Shown one piece after another: positions 1 through 9,900 of a stretch of 64,000 bases of DNA. The notes under the pieces are model-generated. The model was not told the origin of the DNA and did no database searches. It saw only the letters and a program-made list of their open reading frames with translations. Source of the stretch: a virus. Its lineage: Duplodnaviria > Caudoviricetes. Each line of letters starts with the position of its first letter. Position 1 is the stretch's first letter. The position numbers and the translations under genes were made by a program. The DNA lies in IMG/VR virus record IMGVR_UViG_2667527664_000002, positions 1-64,000 of that record; one strand, 5' to 3'.

Positions 1-192
1 CTAGAGGTATATACTTGCCAAAAATCCATCAGCAAAACCAATAAAAAAATGAATTCCCACTCCTATAAAAGCTAATATAATCCCTATTTTTTTAATTAAT
101 TTTAAATGAATAAAGTCCTTTTTAAAACCAATTAATAGAAAAATGATACCTAAAAAACTTATAAAACTTCCTATATTATATAAAATATCCAT
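1..192 (-). CDS. Small two-TM membrane protein (prophage accessory gene)
   Basis: 63 aa, two hydrophobic stretches, AGGAGTG RBS upstream. Confidence 0.65.
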   Translation of the reverse strand: MDILYNIGSFISFLGIIFLLIGFKKDFIHLKLIKKIGIILAFIGVGIHFFIGFADGFLASIYL

Positions 193-542
193 AGATTCAC
201 TCCTTATATTTTTAATGAACTCAAAGTTATTTTAACATATTAAATTAAAGTAACTTTAAAATTGAACTAAAATGCTTTTTTTTTGGAGTGAAATCGTAAA
301 TTTTGAATTATACTCTAACTAGTTAATAAAGTTAAATTTTAAGACTTATTAATCTTAGGCTAAATTTAATTGATCTATTACAATTTTATTTTATGATTAC
401 ATAGTATTACATTTTTACTATATTGCTCGGTAACTTTATTGCAATAACAATCATTTATTTTTAAAAATTATTTTAATATACTACTAATTATAATAATTTT
501 TCTCTAAAACACATTAAAAAGTAATTAAATTAGTAAATTTTT

Positions 543-607
543 AAGTACTAAAAAAAGACTAACTGAAATACTAGTTAATAGATTACAGTTAGTCTTTTTT
601 AGTACTT
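543..607. terminator. Long inverted repeat / bidirectional terminator-like hairpin
   Basis: aagtact-A7-gactaactg ... cagttagtc-T6-agtactt. Confidence 0.5.
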
Positions 608-842
608 TTGATATACAAAAATTTCAAAAACATTTAATAATAGTAGGATTAATATAATTATACCAAAAACTAAATAAATTAATAATTTTACTTTTAAATA
701 GTTATTATTAGTTATTTCTATGGAAAAGTAAAATTTCCATTACTACATGAAATAAACTATTTAATAAAATGTATTTAAGGATAACCAAATAATCTATCTA
801 AAAACTTTAGAAAATAATATTTAATTAGTTACATAAAAAGCA

Positions 843-894
843 AAAAGAGTATGTTTACTGAAATTTAATAATTTCAATAAACATACTCTTTTTT
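843..894. terminator. Bidirectional intrinsic terminator
   Basis: aaaaagagtatgttta...taaacatactcttttt, downstream of 946..1452. Confidence 0.65.
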
Positions 895-945
895 ATATAG
901 CAACTATATAAATTAAATTTTTAATTATAGTTAATTAAAATAATA

Positions 946-1452
946 TTAATAACCTGTTATATCAGCTAATTTATAAGATGATACCTGACCGTCTACATTC
1001 ATACCCATAGCTTTAAATTTCCAAGTTCCATCTTTTTCAAGATTATTTATATTAGCAAGTGCAGTTCCTACTTGATTTCCATCTGTATCATATAAATTAA
1101 ACGTTACTTGTACATAAGTACAGTCTCTTCCTGAGTTATTTTTTATTACTCCTGTAATATAATTTGCAAATTGATCTGAATTGCTATCTAGATCTCCTAC
1201 TATTTCAAACTTTTCTTTTTTAGGTGCAGGCTTTGACACACTTTTAGTTGATGTAGTACTAGTATTATTAGAGTTACTATCATCTCCCTTTCCTGCAACA
1301 TCTATTACTCCTACAACTATAAAGAATACCAATACAAAAAACCAACCTCTTTGATAGAAAGGTTTTTTATTTTTTGCACCACAACTTGGGCAAGATTTAG
1401 CATTTGATGCTATTTCATTTGAGCAAGTTCTACATTTTATCATCTTTGCCAT
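946..1452 (-). CDS. Zinc-ribbon + TM + FxLYD-domain membrane protein
   Basis: N-terminal CxxC...CPxCG, one TM helix, S/T linker, FNLYD motif in an Ig-like C-terminal domain; GGAGG RBS. Confidence 0.8.
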   Translation of the reverse strand: MAKMIKCRTCSNEIASNAKSCPSCGAKNKKPFYQRGWFFVLVFFIVVGVIDVAGKGDDSNSNNTSTTSTKSVSKPAPKKEKFEIVGDLDSNSDQFANYITGVIKNNSGRDCTYVQVTFNLYDTDGNQVGTALANINNLEKDGTWKFKAMGMNVDGQVSSYKLADITGY

Positions 1453-1511
1453 TTATAATTCCTCCAAAATGTATAATTTTTATTGACAAAATTATTATAC
1501 ACGAAGGTATA

Positions 1512-1528
1512 TGTCGAATTATGTCGTA
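1512..1528 (+). promoter_or_regulatory. Tandem Spo0A-box-like sites near the promoter of 946..1452
   Basis: TGTCGAA (1512-1518, matches TGNCGAA) and TGTCGTA (1522-1528), 10 bp apart; minus-strand TATAAT at 1494-1499. Confidence 0.45.
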
Positions 1529-1635
1529 ATTTGCTTAATTTGTAAATTTTTACCATTTTTTTTAAAATAGTAAAAAACTGCTTACGGTTTAGATAAAAAA
1601 ATAATATACCCTTATCTCTAAGCACATTTTTCAAA

Positions 1636-1799
1636 AATAAAAAGAGTACCTCTACCCATGAGATACTCTTTTTATTTTTGACGTTGTAGAAGTACTATTT
1701 AACTCTAAAGTTCCAACCTCATACCAATTCTTTTTGATATGCTATTTATAGTTATGGCTTACAACTATATGTAATATATGTGAAACTATCTAAATTGGT
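1636..1799 (-). ncRNA. Candidate sigma-K-driven small RNA (~130 nt)
   Basis: AC-N17-CATATATTA (1772-1799), 5' hairpin 1747-1769, terminator 1640-1675, no credible ORF. Confidence 0.35.
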
Positions 1800-2313
1800 T
1801 ACTGGTTAAATAAAACTAAGTATATTAAAACCAAAACCATATCTTTATTATACTCTATTTAGTAATCTTTTCCATAGCTTATATCGATTTTTTTTGATAT
1901 ATAGAATTTTTTTATAGTTCATCTGTTTTCTATAGATTTAATTTATGATTAAATTTATATTCTATCTTATTTTAAAAGAAAAAAGTACCTCTATTGAGAG
2001 GTACTTTTGCAAAAAAATAATGTTAGGTTTATCTTAATATTAGTTACAATTGCAACTAATTCGAGTTTAGCTATGTAATTTGAGGTTTAAAGAGTACTAA
2101 ATATTAGCACTCTTTAAAATTGATACTTAATACATTAATCATTTGAATCATGAACGAGTATAACGATATAATTTATTATATCTATATATATAATATAATT
2201 TTAAACTTCTTAATACAAGTCTTATATATCAATTTTATTTGATATATAATATAAAGTTTACGAAAAAATAAAAAGCACTCATCTATTTGAGTGCTTTATC
2301 TATATAAAATTAA

Positions 2314-2412
2314 TTACTGTTCATTTGCTTCCTTTAGTTCTTCATTTAATACCCCCGCACAAGTAGCTAATATAAAAGGTACTATCAATAATGTTCCTAA
2401 TACGATTGTCAT
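2314..2412 (-). CDS. Unannotated 32-aa membrane peptide MTIVLGTLLIVPFILATCAGVLNEELKEANEQ
   Basis: Manual translation; AGGGGATGG RBS; own terminator at 2271-2297; TM helix plus acidic tail. Confidence 0.6.
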   Translation of the reverse strand: MTIVLGTLLIVPFILATCAGVLNEELKEANEQ

Positions 2413-2644
2413 ATATAACCATCCCCTAGATTTATTTTACTTGATGAGTTTATTATACATGCTCAATCTTAAAAAAGCCTTGCGTCAACCTTAAACATTC
2501 CTTACATTTTTGATAGATATATAGAATAATTTATATATTATATTTTTTACCAAAATTTAACTATATATTAACATGCTCTTAACTCAATTTTTCCCAGTTT
2601 AGTTATAATAAGTGTAGACATTATACATAAAATGGAGGATACTT

Positions 2645-3166
2645 ATGAATTTTAAAAAACTTAAAAGCGGTATTGCATTATCATTAATTATAGCTACAGT
2701 TTCAATACCTTTTTCAAACTCAATTTTCGCATTAGAAATTACTAATTCTACTACACCAACTGAGTTTGTAGAAAATAAAAATATAGGTATAGATGAAGTT
2801 TCTGAGTTCTTTGAGTTAACAAATAATGAAAAAAATGAATTTAAAAAATCAATTGATGAGTATAAAAAAGAAGAACAATTACGTCAAGAACGTGAGTATA
2901 AAATCTATGGTAATCAATTTGGCAAATTAAGTTTATCAACGAAAGCGATGCGCAAAATATGGAGAAAGCTACCTTTTAAAGTAAGAAAAACAATAGTTCA
3001 ACATACAGGTCTTACTGGCGCTGCAGCAATACAAAGTATTGTTTCAACAGTAGATCATTTTACAGGATCAGTAGAAGATGGTGTTTATAAAGCTTGTAAA
3101 AAACTAGGCATGAACAATCACTATTCTTGGTGGGTTACAAAAACAATAACCCTATTTTTATTATAA
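2645..3166 (+). CDS. Secreted bacteriocin-like precursor (signal peptide, acidic pro-region, cationic Trp-rich C-terminal domain)
   Basis: GGAGG RBS; signal ending IFA; C-terminal domain clearly homologous to 42321..42797. Confidence 0.7.
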   Translation: MNFKKLKSGIALSLIIATVSIPFSNSIFALEITNSTTPTEFVENKNIGIDEVSEFFELTNNEKNEFKKSIDEYKKEEQLRQEREYKIYGNQFGKLSLSTKAMRKIWRKLPFKVRKTIVQHTGLTGAAAIQSIVSTVDHFTGSVEDGVYKACKKLGMNNHYSWWVTKTITLFLL

Positions 3167-3174
3167 AATATATT

Positions 3175-3324
3175 ATGATATTATCTATACTTTTAATTAT
3201 ATTTTCATTGATCCAAATTTTTAGACCATACAAAAACAAAAATATTATGTTTTATATAATATACATATTAATCATGATTATAAATATTATATCTATAATA
3301 GTTCATATATTACAATTTCTATAA
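3175..3324 (+). CDS. Small hydrophobic putative immunity protein (49 aa)
   Basis: Starts 8 nt after the precursor stop; two TM helices; same arrangement as 42807..43034. Confidence 0.55.
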   Translation: MILSILLIIFSLIQIFRPYKNKNIMFYIIYILIMIINIISIIVHILQFL

Positions 3325-3327
3325 AAA

Positions 3328-3479
3328 AGAAAACTAAATAAATCAAATCTAGATTTTGAAATGGCAATAGTTAATTAAGTGAGAGTGTTGATGCAAATGA
3401 CGCTCAAACTTTTAATAGAGTATTTTTATCTCCTTAGGGAGCTAAGTTTTAATCTTAGAGTTGATTTGTTTAGTTTTCT
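3328..3479. other. Structured element: 24-bp terminal inverted repeat enclosing internal hairpins
   Basis: agaaaactaaataaatcaaatcta / tagagttgatttgtttagttttct (22/24 match). Confidence 0.5.
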
Positions 3480-3591
3480 ATAATATATTTATACCTTATT
3501 TTTCATGTTGTAAACATTTTCTTGGAAATTTTAATATAAAAAGAGTATCATTAAACTAGATACTCTTTTTACATTAAAATTATAACTATAT

Positions 3592-4923
3592 TTATTCTAA
3601 AGAAAATTCTAACGTATTACATACAACAATATTACCTATATCAACACTTCTAGGATAATATCCAAATCCAATACCATTGAACTCATCATTTAGTATAGTT
3701 GCATTATATCCAACATCTTTTTTCACTTCATCAAACATAGCTTTGGCTAAAGTTTTTGGAGTATCTAATTTCGTTGGTACAACATCATAGTAAGCTACAG
3801 TCGAAAAATTAATTTCACTTGAACTTCCTCCATACTGTGGATATACATCGTTAGAGCCTTTATCATCATGATCTCTTTCTGAACTAAAGCCTAGTTTAGA
3901 CTTATACACAGACCACGAATCTGCTAGATTTGTTAAATTATCTTTTTCTATTAGTTTCTTCTTCCCATTTTCTTGTCTATAATCATTAAGTAACTTTAAA
4001 AATTCAGTTTTCGTAGCTTCTCTAAATTTTGAATCTTCTAACGTATAGTATAGAGGATTACTTGGTTTAGCCTCAACAAAAACAAGTGCATTCTTAATTG
4101 AAGTTCTACCTTGCTTATCTGTAGCCTTTATAGTTACTGCATACCCCCCAGCTTTATTTGTATCTACATTCCCACTTATTTGTATTTTGTCACTTGGTAT
4201 ATCTCCATCTTCTGGATCAGTTACTCTTATATTTAACATAGAGTAGTCAAATTTATCTCCTTCAGTTAACCAAACTGAATCGTAGCTTATTCTAGGAGGA
4301 TTATTTTTAGCTTCAGAGCTCTCTGGGTTATCAATTCTTGAAATCATTACTACAGATTCCGCTCTTGTTATATTATTAGTTGGATTTAATTCCCCTTTTG
4401 GATTACCTTTTATATATCCTGCTTCAATAGCTCCTTCTACATATGGTTTTGCCCAACTAGATATTTTCGTATTATCTATAAATTTTTGTATTTTATCATA
4501 TGTAAAATCTTTATTATTTTTTATACTTACAAGTATTTTTGATACTTCTTCTCTAGTTATTGGTTGATTTGGCTTAAACGTTCCATCTTCATAACCATTT
4601 ATATAACCAGCTTTCTTAGCCGAACATACATCATTATAAAACCAATCACTTTTGTTTACATCTCTAAAATTTATATTTTCCTTACTTTCGAATCCAAAAA
4701 ATCTGTTAACTATTTTTACAAATTCTGCTCTAGTTATAGAGTTATCAGGTTTAAATGTTCCATTTTCATATCCATTTACATACCCATTATTCACAAAACT
4801 TTGTATTTGCTTATTTGCCCAGTGATTATTTATATCACTTATGTTAGTTTGTGCATATGAAGTAACTGTCGTTACCCCTAATATTGTTGCTATAGCTATT
4901 GTGCTTATTATTTTCTTATGCAT
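3592..4923 (-). CDS. Cell-surface protein: signal peptide, 3x SLH, Ig-like (DUF5011-like) and CAP/SCP domains
   Basis: GYENGTFKPDNSITRAE SLH repeats; VTDPEDGD...VDTNKAGGY Ig motif; LLNDYRQENG...ILNDEFNGIGFG CAP motif. Confidence 0.85.
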   Translation of the reverse strand: MHKKIISTIAIATILGVTTVTSYAQTNISDINNHWANKQIQSFVNNGYVNGYENGTFKPDNSITRAEFVKIVNRFFGFESKENINFRDVNKSDWFYNDVCSAKKAGYINGYEDGTFKPNQPITREEVSKILVSIKNNKDFTYDKIQKFIDNTKISSWAKPYVEGAIEAGYIKGNPKGELNPTNNITRAESVVMISRIDNPESSEAKNNPPRISYDSVWLTEGDKFDYSMLNIRVTDPEDGDIPSDKIQISGNVDTNKAGGYAVTIKATDKQGRTSIKNALVFVEAKPSNPLYYTLEDSKFREATKTEFLKLLNDYRQENGKKKLIEKDNLTNLADSWSVYKSKLGFSSERDHDDKGSNDVYPQYGGSSSEINFSTVAYYDVVPTKLDTPKTLAKAMFDEVKKDVGYNATILNDEFNGIGFGYYPRSVDIGNIVVCNTLEFSLE

Positions 4924-5141
4924 ATTTTACCTCCAAATATTTTTACGAAGTAATTATACCATATATTTCCATAATTGTTAGATTTTAAACTTTTCTGTAA
5001 ATTTAGTTAAGTGAATAAAATAATAAAAAAGGAGTATCTGTTGACATCAGTACTCCTTTTTTATTATAGTTAATAGGCCTAGAAACTACTAAATTTTGAA
5101 ATGACAGTTAGTTTCTTCAATGAATTTCTTTAAGTGAAATA

Positions 5142-5924
5142 TTAAATTAATTTTAAGTATTTAGAATTTACATATCCAAGACCTTTATTACCTTTAAATC
5201 CTTCTATACTTACCCATCTATTTAGACAATATTGTAAATTCACTATATCTCCATATTTAACTTGTCCTATAATCTCATATTCTGTCCCTCTATACCATCT
5301 AACATTTAATACATCTGCAATTACTTTAGCTTTTCTTCCAGAATAATCACCATTTGTAAATCCTTCAGTATTAGTTTCAGTGTCAGTGTCCTTCCATTCA
5401 ACTGAATTGAATTTGCATATTCCTTTTGCTATAGCTTTAGCAAACTTATCTTTATTGTTCATTATTAAATTATAGTCTTCCTCATTAGTTATAAATCCTA
5501 ACTCAACTAAACATGCATCCATATTAGTTTCTCTTATAACATGTAAGTTCCCTTCTTTGACACCTCTATTTTTAGAGTATAATCCTTCTTTAATAATTTC
5601 AGAATGTATAGCATCAGCCAAAGCTCTATATTTGAATTTATAACAATAAGTTTCTAAACCTTGAGCATTGGGATTGTCTACACTATTACAATGTATAGAT
5701 ACAAATGAATTTACACCTAGGCTATTAGCTTTACTACTTCTTTCGCTTAGAGTTAAAAATATATCAGTATTTCTAGTATTTATATTTTTTATATCTTGTG
5801 TTTTTAAATAATCGCTTACTTTATTTGCAACTTCTAAAACTATATCTTTCTCTAAGCATCCAGCTATTCCTATAGCTCCTGAATCATGTCCTCCATGTCC
5901 TGCATCTGTCATATTTGTTCTCAT
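5142..5924 (-). CDS. Endolysin, N-acetylmuramoyl-L-alanine amidase (Amidase_3) with SH3b domain
   Basis: DAGHGGHD, FVSIHCN, LVELGFITN; C-terminal LNVR...GYVNSKYL. Confidence 0.9.
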   Translation of the reverse strand: MRTNMTDAGHGGHDSGAIGIAGCLEKDIVLEVANKVSDYLKTQDIKNINTRNTDIFLTLSERSSKANSLGVNSFVSIHCNSVDNPNAQGLETYCYKFKYRALADAIHSEIIKEGLYSKNRGVKEGNLHVIRETNMDACLVELGFITNEEDYNLIMNNKDKFAKAIAKGICKFNSVEWKDTDTETNTEGFTNGDYSGRKAKVIADVLNVRWYRGTEYEIIGQVKYGDIVNLQYCLNRWVSIEGFKGNKGLGYVNSKYLKLI

Positions 5925-6139
5925 AATAAAATCCTCCTAAAATTTATTTTCTTAATATGAAAGTAAAGAAAAAAGTAAATTGTTACTAGTTTTTTTACTT
6001 TTTTATTAATTATTTATTTTAAAAGACAATAAAAAAAGACTTCAAAGAGTCTAATTCACTGTATTTTTTTTAACTTAATTTTAAATTACTTTTAATTTTC
6101 GAATAATTTTTTTAACATTGTTTTTAAATTTTATATAAA

Positions 6140-6358
6140 TTATTTATTATCTTTTAAACCTTTTGTTGAAGGGTCTACAACTACACCTATAACTGCGGCT
6201 GCAACGGCAACAACTGCAACTGGATTAGCTAATATATCTAATAAGGAATTACCTAAAAGATTCCAACTTGTTAAAGTTTTAAAATCTACTCCAGCTGCAC
6301 TAAATATAACACCACCTAATCCTAGCCAAAAATATGGATTTTTTATTCTATTTTTCAT
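6140..6358 (-). CDS. Holin
   Basis: 72 aa, two TM helices, RIKNPYFW and GVVVDPSTKGLKD; upstream of endolysin. Confidence 0.85.
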   Translation of the reverse strand: MKNRIKNPYFWLGLGGVIFSAAGVDFKTLTSWNLLGNSLLDILANPVAVVAVAAAVIGVVVDPSTKGLKDNK

Positions 6359-6644
6359 TTAAACCATCTCCTTTTATTTTTAATGAATCTAACCTATGGT
6401 GTGCTGATTTTGTACTTTCCTCTACCTTTATAAGTCTTTCTACAACAGTGTTTATTTTTGTATCTTGAGCTTTTATATCAAGCCTTATGTCATCAACTCC
6501 TTTACTTATATAATCTAGCTTTGTAGCAACTACGGTTTTTTGAGATGCATCATTTTCTATGTCTTTTTCATTTTTCTTTTTATAGCTCATATAGCCTAAT
6601 ATAGCACCAGCTATAGTACATAAAAGTGTTATTTCAATATTCAT
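6348..6644 (-). CDS. Lysis-associated TM + coiled-coil protein (XhlA-like)
   Basis: N-terminal TM, VEESTKSAHHRLD motif; precedes holin; near-identical copy in prophage 2. Confidence 0.7.
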   Translation of the reverse strand: MNIEITLLCTIAGAILGYMSYKKKNEKDIENDASQKTVVATKLDYISKGVDDIRLDIKAQDTKINTVVERLIKVEESTKSAHHRLDSLKIKGDGLNEK

Positions 6645-6699
6645 AAGTCCTCCTTGCTTTTTAAAACAAAAAAGAGCCTAGTTTCCTAAGCTCTTAACT

Positions 6700-6870
6700 T
6701 TACAGTTTAGATTTTGGTGGTGTATAAACCCTGAGAGCAGGGTGTACCTTATCTTTGCTGTAACATTTACAGCTATATTTAAGAGAAAAACCTCCTCCAT
6801 TTAAATTTATTTTATAAATTGGTTTTCCGCACTTATTGCAAAAATCTATGATTTGATGTTTTATGTACAT
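6700..6870 (-). CDS. Unannotated 56-aa Cys-rich protein MYIKHQIIDFCNKCGKPIYK...YSCKCY...KSKL
   Basis: Manual translation; AGGAGGT RBS; CxxC...CxC; terminator-like hairpin at 6669-6694. Confidence 0.65.
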   Translation of the reverse strand: MYIKHQIIDFCNKCGKPIYKINLNGGGFSLKYSCKCYSKDKVHPALRVYTPPKSKL

Positions 6871-6996
6871 TTAGATGTACCTCCTATGTTTTAATTTTGA
6901 GCTTGTTTATTTACTTACTTAATAAAGCTCTTATATTTAATATATGCTTGTCTCAGATTTGTTGCAGTTTTTGCAATAATATTAAAAAAATATTTT

Positions 6997-9900
6997 CTAG
7001 CTAGATCTGTTAATATCTAATTGTTGTTCTAAACCTTCTATTTTTAATATAGCTAATTTTAAAGCTCCTTCTAAAACAGCCATTCTTGATCCCATATCAT
7101 AACTTAAATTTCCTTTTTCACTTCTTAATACAATCTCCTTACCAATTTTAGTAAATTCAACATCTTGAGCTATAAATCCATAAGTAGATTTACTATTACC
7201 AATATAATTAAATTTAGCAAGTTTTAAATCATTTTTTACGTAAGCATACATATCTGAAATAACAGTTGAATCTAAGTATTGTATATTTTCTTTTACCCTA
7301 CGGTCTGACATAACAGAAGGTGCATTTTGCATAAATACAGTTTTCCAAGGTCTATCTGATAATCCTAAATCTTGTGATGCTGCTTTATTAGGATAAAAAT
7401 GACCATGCCATCTATCCATAAATATTCTGTTATCTTCATATGATGTTCTAAAACATAAATCAGCATCATTATTCCCAGCTGAAATTACTGCTAATCTTCT
7501 TCCTTGTTCTCCCCACGATTCAAGTACTACCCCTTCATTATTCGTATCAAAATCAAGTATTGCTAATCTTTTCATAAAAGCATTTTTAAAAGGTAAATTT
7601 TTAGTACCTATATTATAAGTACTCCCTACATCACAAGTTAAACTATCCCTAAATTGTATTCCAGCAGACGCAGATAAAACTATTGTATTTTCTGCACTAA
7701 TCATTGTATCTCCATAAGGATAAAACTTTAGAGAACTCCAAACTCCAGTTCTATTATTTTTGTGAGATAGGATTAAGTTATCTCCATCGTGGAATAAAGC
7801 CCCATATCTACCATCTAACCCAGTTGAGGTGTCTGAATATCCATTCGCCCCCAAATAAACACATGGCAAATAATATCCAAATCGTCTTATAGTACCTATG
7901 TTAATAGTTCTTTTATGATTTCTATAAGTAGTGTAATTTTCTTGCTCTATCTTAATATAATTACCTTGAGAAATTCCTCCAGCACTAACAGCTCCTTGAA
8001 GGTCTATTTTACTTGCATCAATTCTAATTGCTTCGGCACTTTGATTTATACTAGAAACTACATAGCTAGTGCTAACCTTACCATTTAAATCATTTTTATA
8101 AGTGGTAGACTTAGTTACAGTAGATACTATAGAACTATCTGTAATCTTTTGTTCTGCTGTATTCACTCTAGTACTTAAGTTGCTAATTTGATCATGTAGG
8201 TTTACTGTAGTTGTTTCAACACTTGTAACTCTACTTGTTATAGAATTTAAATTAGTTTCTAAACTTGCAACTTTATTATTAGTTGTGGTTATTTCATATT
8301 CAAAATCTTCGGGAGCCTGAGTATAATCTGTATTTTTATTTCCAAATTCAAGCTTAGGATTTCCAATATAAGCTCTAGTAGCATTACATTGAATATACAA
8401 TCCAGAGTAGTTAATACTCTTAATAGGTTTATTTGGAATAGTTTGAGTATTAAACTTTCTACCTTTGAATTTAGTAGAAGAGTTAACATAGTTCCAACAT
8501 GATATATAAAAACTAGAGCCATCCTCAAAACTTATTCCCATCTCATAACCAAGCCTATTAGATTGTCCATCAATGGGTGTTAATCCCTCAAAATCAAAAT
8601 CTAAAGATATAGTTATTGTTTTTCCACTTAGTAAACCTTTATCAATTGTTAAGCTTCCAACTAATTTTAAACTAACAGTTGTTGAAGATAGAGAGTCCCT
8701 AGAATCTTTTAATAAATTCCTTCCTCCTATTTCTAAACCATTTATTTTAGCAGTAGCCGTAGTAGCTTTATTTAAAGCATCATTAGCGGTAGCAGTTACG
8801 GTAATTATATTTGTTTCTGTACTAGATACCCTAGTCGTTATACTATTTAAATTTCTTTCAACACTATTTACTTTAGTTTCAACACCATTTATTTTACCTG
8901 TAGCACTATTAATTTGTGTTGTATGGATTCCTATAGTTGATTTCATACTATCCACAGTAGCTACAGTACGGTTATAATCATCTTTAAGTAGTACTGTTTG
9001 TCCATCTTTTACTATCTGAGTATTATTTATAGCAGTACTTATTTGCCCTTGTATAACTCCTATAGTAGTAGAATGACTTTCTGTTAATGACTTACTTTCA
9101 TCAGACTGTGTTTTTAATTGATTAAAAGCTATGTCTAAAGTTTGCTTAGTTCCATCTATTTGTACCTTAGAACTTTTTATAATTGTAGATCCATTGTTTA
9201 TTTGAGTTACAACACTATTAATATTTAGCTTGTGACCATCTATATTAGCATTATCAGAAATCATATCATCTCTTATTATTTTATCTTTTATACCATTAGC
9301 CTTAAGACCAGTGGCATCAAACATTAAATTACCATTAGAATCCCAAATATACATATTATAGTCATTGCTAGCATCTTTACCTATTTGAACTCTTACTATA
9401 TTTGTATCTCTAATTTGAATAGTATTATCTGATATGAGTATATTTCCACTATCAGATGTAATTCTAAATTTATTAGTACTTATATCTCCTGCAGTTACCT
9501 TAGAAACATCTAAGCTATCTATCATTGCATTTTTTATAAATCCATTATCTATAGATAATTTATCTGATGTAATTCCTCCAGCTTGTATATTTTCAGAAGA
9601 TAAATTTCCATTTAAAAGAGTTTCAATTTTACCTACATTAGCTTCTAATACTTGTATAGTTGCATTTATAGCTTGTAATTGAGTAATACTAGCTTTATTA
9701 GATTGTAATTCATTTATTGATGCAGTGTGAGTTACAATTAATTTGTCTATTGAAGCTACGTTTGCTTCAAGAGTTCCTATTGTAGCTTCAACAGAATTAA
9801 GCCGACCTGTTATAGTTACATTATGAGCTTCTAAATTTGTTATTTTAGCATTAACCACAGTTAAGTCAGTAATTTTAGCTACATTTACTTCAAAATCAGA

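Noticed and set aside
2291-2494. 67-aa plus-strand ORF in the track
   Set aside because: No RBS; the minus-strand 32-aa peptide has an RBS and a terminator
5950-5990. Sigma-K promoter for the prophage 1 amidase
   Set aside because: AC-to-CATA spacing is 15 or 22 nt, off consensus; too weak in AT-rich DNA
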